NCBI GenBank assembly: GCA_041688005.1
Contig: JBDNJA010000113.1
Span: forward strand, 537 to 64,536
From: Gammaproteobacteria bacterium
GTDB lineage: Bacteria > Pseudomonadota > Gammaproteobacteria > GCA-001735895
DNA: 64,000 bases
Direction of reading: 5' to 3'
Shown: positions 58,481 through 64,000 of the stretch, one piece after another
Layout: each line of letters starts with the position of its first letter
How positions within the stretch are numbered: the stretch's first letter is position 1
Made by a program: the position numbers and the translations under genes
The notes under the pieces: generated by a model
Databases searched by the model: none
What the model saw: only the letters and a program-made list of their open reading frames with translations
Told to the model about the DNA's origin: nothing

Positions 58481-59718
58481 AGCCGAGTAAGATGAAACAG
58501 GATGAGATGAAGCAGAGTAAACAAGCAAACAATTATGACGTTATTGTCGCAGGTGCCGGCATGGTGGGTGCTTGCGCGGCGTTATCGTTTGCGCGCAAAG
58601 GGTTTCGAGTCGCGCTGGTCGAGCCGTCGTCAGCCATCAAAAAGATAGACCCTGCTGATGCAGTCTATGATCTGCGCTTATCCGCGATTAGCCCTACTTC
58701 ACAAAAAGTATTAGATGATCTAGGGGTTTGGTCTGCGATCGATCAAAATCGAGTCTGTGACTACGAAAAAATGTTTGTCTGGCATGCGAATGGCAACGCG
58801 GCAATCGATTTTGATTGCGCTCAGTTAGCAAGCCAGAGTCTCGGGGCCATAGTTGAAAATAATCAAATTCTGGCAGCACTGCACAATGCCTGTCAGGCGC
58901 AGCAATCAATCGACTGGTTTCTATCAGACAAAATTATAACACTGACTGAAAACTCCGAAACCACTGTTTCTGTCGTCCTTGAATCGGACGTGACTCTATC
59001 GGCAGACCTACTTATTGCCGCGGATGGCCGAGGGTCGAACACACGCGCCCTAACCGACATCGAAGTGATGAGTGGCAGTTATGATCAAATCGCCATCGTA
59101 GCCAATGTGACAACCGAATTACCGCATCAGTTAACGGCCTGGCAGAAATTCCTCAGCACTGGGCCACTCGCCTTTTTGCCACTCGCCAATGGCGATAGCT
59201 CGATAGTCTGGTCCTGTGATACCGAATTTGGGCAAACAATGATGTCACTAGACGATGACGCTTTCTGTGTGGCACTCGGTGAGGCCTTCGATGGTCGGTT
59301 GGGCCAAATAACTGGTATTGGCAATCGGCAGAGTTTCCCGCTGGGTTGGCATAGTTGCAACCAGTGGTTGAGCCATCGAGTATTACTCATTGGCGATGCC
59401 GCACACGGCGTACATCCTTTGGCGGGGCAGGGCGTTAATCTGGGCTTTAGTGACGTTGCATTATTGATACAGCTGATAGGCGATCTCGAAAGCCCTTGGC
59501 ATAAAAACTCAGGGCACAAGAAGAAGCTACGCCAATTCGAGCGCCAACGAAAAAGTGAAACAGCTTTAGCCACCCATTTATTCAGTGGCCTGAAATTATT
59601 ATATGGGGCAGATAATCCGCTGCAAAATACGATTCGAGATTGTGGCATGCAACTGGTCCAATCGAATAACAGCCTCAAACGCCAGCTGATGCGTCAGGCA
59701 ATACGAAATATGGCTTGA
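58477..59718 (+). CDS. ubiI: FAD-dependent ubiquinone-biosynthesis hydroxylase (UbiI/VisC/UbiF family)
   Basis: YDVIVAGAGMVG..., ...AADGRGS.TR... and ...GDAAHGVHPLAGQGVNLGF.D... It overlaps the ubiH stop (ATGA). Confidence 0.8.
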   Translation: MKPSKMKQDEMKQSKQANNYDVIVAGAGMVGACAALSFARKGFRVALVEPSSAIKKIDPADAVYDLRLSAISPTSQKVLDDLGVWSAIDQNRVCDYEKMFVWHANGNAAIDFDCAQLASQSLGAIVENNQILAALHNACQAQQSIDWFLSDKIITLTENSETTVSVVLESDVTLSADLLIAADGRGSNTRALTDIEVMSGSYDQIAIVANVTTELPHQLTAWQKFLSTGPLAFLPLANGDSSIVWSCDTEFGQTMMSLDDDAFCVALGEAFDGRLGQITGIGNRQSFPLGWHSCNQWLSHRVLLIGDAAHGVHPLAGQGVNLGFSDVALLIQLIGDLESPWHKNSGHKKKLRQFERQRKSETALATHLFSGLKLLYGADNPLQNTIRDCGMQLVQSNNSLKRQLMRQAIRNMA

Positions 59719-59767
59719 TGCTCAGCTATTCTCACCTATTCTCGCCTATTATGGGGGCGATAACAGC

Positions 59768-59795
59768 GTAGGCCGCAAAAGAGAAGCGCCTTCCG
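59768..59795 (+). repeat. REP-type element GTAGGCCGCAAAAGAGAAGCGCCTTCCG
   Basis: Its reverse complement matches the 1249-1278 copy at most positions. Confidence 0.55.
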
Positions 59796-59854
59796 AAAAA
59801 CGCATCAGAATTTTCAGACTAGTCACTTAACGTTCATTTCAAGAGGGGTTTAAC

Positions 59855-60973
59855 ATGTTAGTAGGCGTACCAAAAGAGATTAAAGACAATGAATACCGAG
59901 TTGGTCTGGCGCCAGAGTCGGTACGCGAAATGGTTGCACATGGACATCAGGTCATAGTTGAAACAAATGCTGGTGACGGTATCAGTGCGCCTGATGATGA
60001 ATATAAGCGAGCGGGCGCGACGATTGTCGACACCGCAGCCGAAATATTTGCCCGAGCCGACATGGTGGTAAAAGTTAAAGAACCCCAGGCTGGTGAGCGA
60101 GCAATGCTACGCGAAGGTCAAATTTTATATACTTACTTACATCTCGCGCCAGACCCAGCGCAAACTCGCGATCTGGTGAACTCAGGTGCCGTCTGCATCG
60201 CCTACGAAACAGTCACCTCTCCCTTTGGCGGATTACCATTACTACGCCCCATGTCCGAAGTGGCAGGCCGTATGTCGATTCAGGCAGCGGCACACAACCT
60301 CGAAAAACCCCACGGTGGCATTGGCATGTTGATGGGTGGTGTGCCCGGTGTCGACCCAGCCAAGGTAGTGGTTATCGGTGGTGGTGTGGTGGGTACACAC
60401 GCGACTCACATCGCCGTTGGCATGGGGGCAGACGTTTGGGTGCTCGACCGATCCAACGAAACCCTGGGACGACTATGGACGCAGTTTGGCCGATCCGTGA
60501 ATACAGTCTACTCAACCCGTGATGCGATAGAGCGACACGTGCTCGAAGCCGATGTCGTCATCGGTGGTGTCTTAATCCCCGGTGCTGCAGCACCAAAGCT
60601 AGTCACCGCAGAGCATGTCAAAGCGATGAAACCAGGCGCAGTCATGGTCGACGTCGCGATAGACCAGGGCGGTTGTTTCGAAACCTCACACGCCACCACG
60701 CATAGCAACCCAACCTATGTGGTTGATGATGTCGTACATTACTGTGTCGCCAACATGCCCGGCGGTGTGCCGCGTACATCAACCTTTGCGCTTAACAATG
60801 CCACCTTGGCAGGCGCACTCGCGCTGGCTAATAAAGGCTATAAACAAGCGCTAATAGATGACTCACATTTACGCAATGGCCTGAATGTCCATCGCGGCGA
60901 TATTACCCATAGGGAAGTTGCCGAAGACCTTGGGTATGACTATGTTGAAGCTTTGGTTTCTATGGGGAAGTGA
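59855..60973 (+). CDS. ald: Alanine dehydrogenase
   Basis: MLVGVPKEIKDNEYRVGL.PE.V... and ...VVVIGGGVVGTHA... Confidence 0.95.
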   Translation: MLVGVPKEIKDNEYRVGLAPESVREMVAHGHQVIVETNAGDGISAPDDEYKRAGATIVDTAAEIFARADMVVKVKEPQAGERAMLREGQILYTYLHLAPDPAQTRDLVNSGAVCIAYETVTSPFGGLPLLRPMSEVAGRMSIQAAAHNLEKPHGGIGMLMGGVPGVDPAKVVVIGGGVVGTHATHIAVGMGADVWVLDRSNETLGRLWTQFGRSVNTVYSTRDAIERHVLEADVVIGGVLIPGAAAPKLVTAEHVKAMKPGAVMVDVAIDQGGCFETSHATTHSNPTYVVDDVVHYCVANMPGGVPRTSTFALNNATLAGALALANKGYKQALIDDSHLRNGLNVHRGDITHREVAEDLGYDYVEALVSMGK

Positions 60974-61140
60974 TGCGTCATTAGAGAGAGCTTAAAACTC
61001 CCGAGCCCAAGCAGGGTGTCGGGAATGCTCATTGAAGGGCTTCCCTATCAAACACTAATGTCCAGTGTGCTACACAAATACGTCACTGGCCGCTTAAAAG
61101 TAAAACGTAAAACTAAGCAAAGCCCTTATATTACAAGCGT

Positions 61141-62355
61141 CTAAGCCAAAGGCGCGAGGTCTGGAAAATACCAAGGTTCAGCATGTTCAGGAATCTCCCA
61201 TCGCAATGGTGATTTACTGCTCGTTTCACTCAGTAGTCCATCACTTTTCAACTGGCTCAATAAGCGGCTGGCACTTCGCTCGGGCATACCACATAACTCT
61301 ACCGCCCGAGAACGATCAATTTCGCCATAAATAAATGCCGTATGCAATACGAGCCCCGCCACTGGTTTAAGCTCTTTATCCATACCGTTAACCCTATAAT
61401 CGTTTCTAGCTTGAATATAACCATCAATGCGTTTTCTTAAGGCAGCCAAATCAAGCAACCCACTCATGTAATCAACCTGGTCAATAGCGGTATTTAACAT
61501 ATAGTCACAAAACGCCAACAAGCCTTTATCGGTTAACTTACCTCGGCCGTCAAGGTCACCCTGCCTGGGCTTATCAGCCAGTGCTAATGTCCTTTTGTAA
61601 TCGTCGTATTTATTTGCTAAACCTCGGCTTAAACACCACGCACCATAACTTTCTAAGCCAGCCGCTCGCAGTGCCGCATCGGTTATCAATCTGCCTACTC
61701 GACCATTACCATCTAAAAAGGGGTGAATCCAGGCAAAGCGATGATGTGCTGCCACTATTGCAATTAATTTTTTATCGCCCCTGAAGCGCTGCGGATGGTA
61801 GGTTTCGCAAAAGCTATCCATTAAGGCGGGGATGCTATCCACTTCGGGCGGAATATGGCGTCCCACTTCAACTTTTTGTTTGCGCCACTCCCCCGGCACA
61901 ACTTCGCCAATGACTTCATCCCGGCTATTTTTTATCAACCACATGCTTTGTGGAATATGACAATAAAACTGCCGATGCACTTCCTTGATAAATTCAGGGC
62001 TAAAAATCCGCTCCAAATCTGGAGACTGCTCTTGTAACCATTGCTGTACAGCCATATGCCCTAAGGACTCCTCCTGCAAATCCCGCTTTGCTGGATCGGT
62101 GCTGTAAATACCACGCTGAGCCGCCCTTATCTCGTGAGGCCGTGTCGCATTACCTTCGATCAAATTGGAGTAATAGGAATTAATGACCCGCATATACGCC
62201 TCAAGCGTATTCAGTGTTCGTTCTGTTAACTGGCCTGATAATTTTGCTGACTTTTGACTTAATACGATCGATTGATCCGGCAAAGAAGAGCTTTCCAAAG
62301 ATTTGCCACCCGGTATAAAAGGTGTAATATCAAATATTGACCCACTCATCCTCAT
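61141..62355 (-). CDS. Fic-family protein (class II, intramolecular inhibitory helix) with a C-terminal wHTH-like domain
   Basis: Fic core HPFLDGNGRVGR. An N-terminal SNLIEG fits the [S/T]xxxE[G/N] inhibitory motif. The start could be either of two ATGs (62355 or 62349). Confidence 0.9.
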   Translation of the reverse strand: MRMSGSIFDITPFIPGGKSLESSSLPDQSIVLSQKSAKLSGQLTERTLNTLEAYMRVINSYYSNLIEGNATRPHEIRAAQRGIYSTDPAKRDLQEESLGHMAVQQWLQEQSPDLERIFSPEFIKEVHRQFYCHIPQSMWLIKNSRDEVIGEVVPGEWRKQKVEVGRHIPPEVDSIPALMDSFCETYHPQRFRGDKKLIAIVAAHHRFAWIHPFLDGNGRVGRLITDAALRAAGLESYGAWCLSRGLANKYDDYKRTLALADKPRQGDLDGRGKLTDKGLLAFCDYMLNTAIDQVDYMSGLLDLAALRKRIDGYIQARNDYRVNGMDKELKPVAGLVLHTAFIYGEIDRSRAVELCGMPERSASRLLSQLKSDGLLSETSSKSPLRWEIPEHAEPWYFPDLAPLA

Positions 62356-62391
62356 CCCCTACCGTTAATCTGCTAATATATTAGGCACTAT

Positions 62392-62412
62392 TTTGGCCGG
62401 TTTGTTGGCCGA
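62392..62412 (+). repeat. 21-bp direct repeat copy 1 (TTTGGCCGGTTTGTTGGCCGA)
   Basis: It matches 62480-62500 at 19 of 21 positions. It lies 37 nt upstream of the Fic start. Confidence 0.8.
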
Positions 62413-62479
62413 TTTAAAAAAATATAACTAATTGATATTATTGAATTATAAGTACACTAACACAACTAAAATTACAACG

Positions 62480-62500
62480 TTTGGCCGGTTTGATGGCCGG
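62480..62500 (+). repeat. 21-bp direct repeat copy 2 (TTTGGCCGGTTTGATGGCCGG)
   Basis: It lies 35 nt downstream of the metallophosphoesterase stop. Each copy can fold into a short GGCC/GGCC hairpin. Confidence 0.8.
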
Positions 62501-62535
62501 ATGGTATTAGTGTTTCTTTTCTGTGATTTCCTACG

Positions 62536-63333
62536 TCAGATTTCAATTGTAAAACAGGCATCGAAGTTGCTCACATTTTCACCCGGGTAACCAGCCTGAT
62601 TCGAGACTATCCGCGTATCAAAAATCATCTCGTCTACATTGGCGTGAGTATGACCAAACACCCATGAATCGACATCGCTGGATTCGATTAAATCATCTAA
62701 ATTTGAATAAAACGCAGGAGTCATTTCGTTTAAGGGAAAGTCCGGATGTTGGCAGACGGCATGCGGACCATGGTGGGTAATAACAACCGTTTTGGCATCA
62801 GTGGATTGTGCTATTTGCGTTTCCAGCCATCGTAATTCCTTTGAGTGAATGGCAAGTGCATGCTCAGGTTTAAACCTTACATCTGAGTCCCCCGATTTAA
62901 TTTTTATGCGACGGTGATCTGTCAGTAATTTATCCACATTAAACATAGCCAAATCTTGAGGCACCTGAATATTTGCTTTATAGTTTGTCCATAGAGTCGT
63001 CCCGATAAAACGAACATCACCCAGCGTAAACACGTCTGAATCCAGACAGAACACTTGTGTGCCTTCACATAACCTCAAAACCTTTTCTTTAATACTCCAA
63101 TACTCATAACCATAAAATTCGTGGTTACCCAATACATACAAAATAGGTTTAGCCAGACGTTCTGATTCTAGAATAGCCCATTCAGCACCGCTGGTGCCAG
63201 TGTCGATATCACCCGCCAAAATGATAACTTCTGCATCGGTATCGGGAATAGTGCCCGACCAATGGTGCGAGGGAGCTTCTTTACCACTTCGCAGGAATTC
63301 ATTATGCAAGTCACTGAGGATTTGTATCTTCAT
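62536..63333 (-). CDS. Calcineurin-like metallophosphoesterase
   Basis: All five signature blocks are present: SDLHNE (DxH), AGDIDTG (GDxxD), GNHEFY (GNHE), ITHHGP and FGHTHAN (GHxH). Confidence 0.9.
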   Translation of the reverse strand: MKIQILSDLHNEFLRSGKEAPSHHWSGTIPDTDAEVIILAGDIDTGTSGAEWAILESERLAKPILYVLGNHEFYGYEYWSIKEKVLRLCEGTQVFCLDSDVFTLGDVRFIGTTLWTNYKANIQVPQDLAMFNVDKLLTDHRRIKIKSGDSDVRFKPEHALAIHSKELRWLETQIAQSTDAKTVVITHHGPHAVCQHPDFPLNEMTPAFYSNLDDLIESSDVDSWVFGHTHANVDEMIFDTRIVSNQAGYPGENVSNFDACFTIEI

Positions 63334-63898
63334 CATTCCCCTTTATCAGTTTAATTAATAGTGTTCTTGCTATCGTTAGCTCGCCTGGTTTGCCACCTCT
63401 TATCGCCTCAAGCAACGCCAAGACTCGGTAAAGATGCTTATCCCGACTGGCCGCAAATGGAACCGAACTATAAAAGGGGTGAATTAATACACCTTCTATA
63501 GATCCACCAGAGACAGGCCATATCCAGGCTGGAACGTGTGGCACCACCTTACTTTCCAGAGCAGGGCAGTTCCACGAAGTGGCCATACCATGCCCATATC
63601 CGACACTCTTTTGAGGATAGGCATACCGTATACCATAGCTAAGCCACTCGAGCAGAGCATTCGGCTCTGCAAAAAAGTTAGCATTGTGTTCCACCACCAA
63701 ACCTGCAGCTACTAGTCGTCTAGTCCCTTTGCTCACTTCACTCGCACTAATCCCGATAGACTCCGCGATATCACAACCACTGCTATTTGAATTGCTCTGT
63801 TTAAGTGACCAATATTTAAGCGCTAATAAAGTATCCTGTGGTTTTAGATGCACCCGATCAATCCTGTTTCGAAACAAGAAACACTTTAGATCAAACAA
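63311..63898 (-). CDS. Uncharacterised 195-aa protein with a probable N-terminal winged-HTH, translationally overlapped with the metallophosphoesterase gene
   Basis: ...CDIAESIGISASEVSKGTRRLVAAGLVV... looks like a wHTH recognition helix plus wing. I do not recognise the C-terminal 120 aa. The 3' end overlaps the next gene by 23-26 nt. Confidence 0.5.
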   Translation of the reverse strand: MFDLKCFLFRNRIDRVHLKPQDTLLALKYWSLKQSNSNSSGCDIAESIGISASEVSKGTRRLVAAGLVVEHNANFFAEPNALLEWLSYGIRYAYPQKSVGYGHGMATSWNCPALESKVVPHVPAWIWPVSGGSIEGVLIHPFYSSVPFAASRDKHLYRVLALLEAIRGGKPGELTIARTLLIKLIKGNDEDTNPQ

Positions 63899-64000
63899 AA
63901 CTGCTATGTCAAAAGGTATGACGCTTTGTTATTTCTTTTCAGCTTTTTGGAGTAGTAAGCCATATACGAAATTGTAAGAATACGTATCAACGACAGGAGG

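Noticed and set aside
59725-59753. A short tandem pattern (CTATTCTCA CCTATTCTCG CCTATTATG) after ubiI.
   Set aside because: There are three imperfect 10-bp units only, with no obvious function. It is likely slippage noise next to a REP element.

Overview
This is a chromosomal segment of a gammaproteobacterium. The gene order rpe-gph-trpEGDC ... crp/vfr-osmC-coq7, rplM-rpsI, rpiA-ilvA, zapA-ssrS and ygfB-pepP-ubiH-ubiI mirrors Pseudomonas-type genomes. A marine origin is only an inference from gene content. The window has three parts. (1) About 1-36.5 kb is catabolic and accessory DNA. It holds a LysR-controlled gcdH operon with an orphan fused E1(alpha-beta) 2-oxoacid dehydrogenase, a FabD-like acyltransferase and a saccharopine-dehydrogenase-like gene. 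It then holds a roughly 22-kb mosaic punctuated by dead copies of four IS families (ISL3 sits further left, IS5/IS1182-like, IS1595 and IS6 lie within it). The mosaic carries a LuxR/SDR pair, a Pot-type ABC importer, three diverged trimethylamine-dehydrogenase-family paralogues, a bicupin, a BetI-like TetR, an 800-aa kinase::class-III-aminotransferase fusion and an NAD-epimerase-like gene. Next comes an Lrp-GcvT(DmdA-like)-OsmC-crotonase-acyl-CoA synthetase operon. (2) About 36.5-61 kb is core housekeeping: purC, purEK, cytochrome c, rpe, gph, trpEGDC, crp, coq7, rplM-rpsI, rpiA, ilvA, 6S RNA, zapA, pepP, ubiH/I and ald. (3) The last 3 kb is accessory again, with a class-II Fic protein and an overlapping wHTH-protein/metallophosphoesterase pair. 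REP-type hairpins with GTAG heads occur at six sites. I saw no tRNA, rRNA or CRISPR array. The best candidate for an undescribed system is the tetR-TMADH-TMADH-kinase::aminotransferase operon (20.2-27.5 kb) with its satellites. I read it as oxidative N-dealkylation feeding a kinase/phospho-lyase deamination step. This is inference from domain content only. All family calls rest on reading the translated ORFs by eye, and no searches were run.
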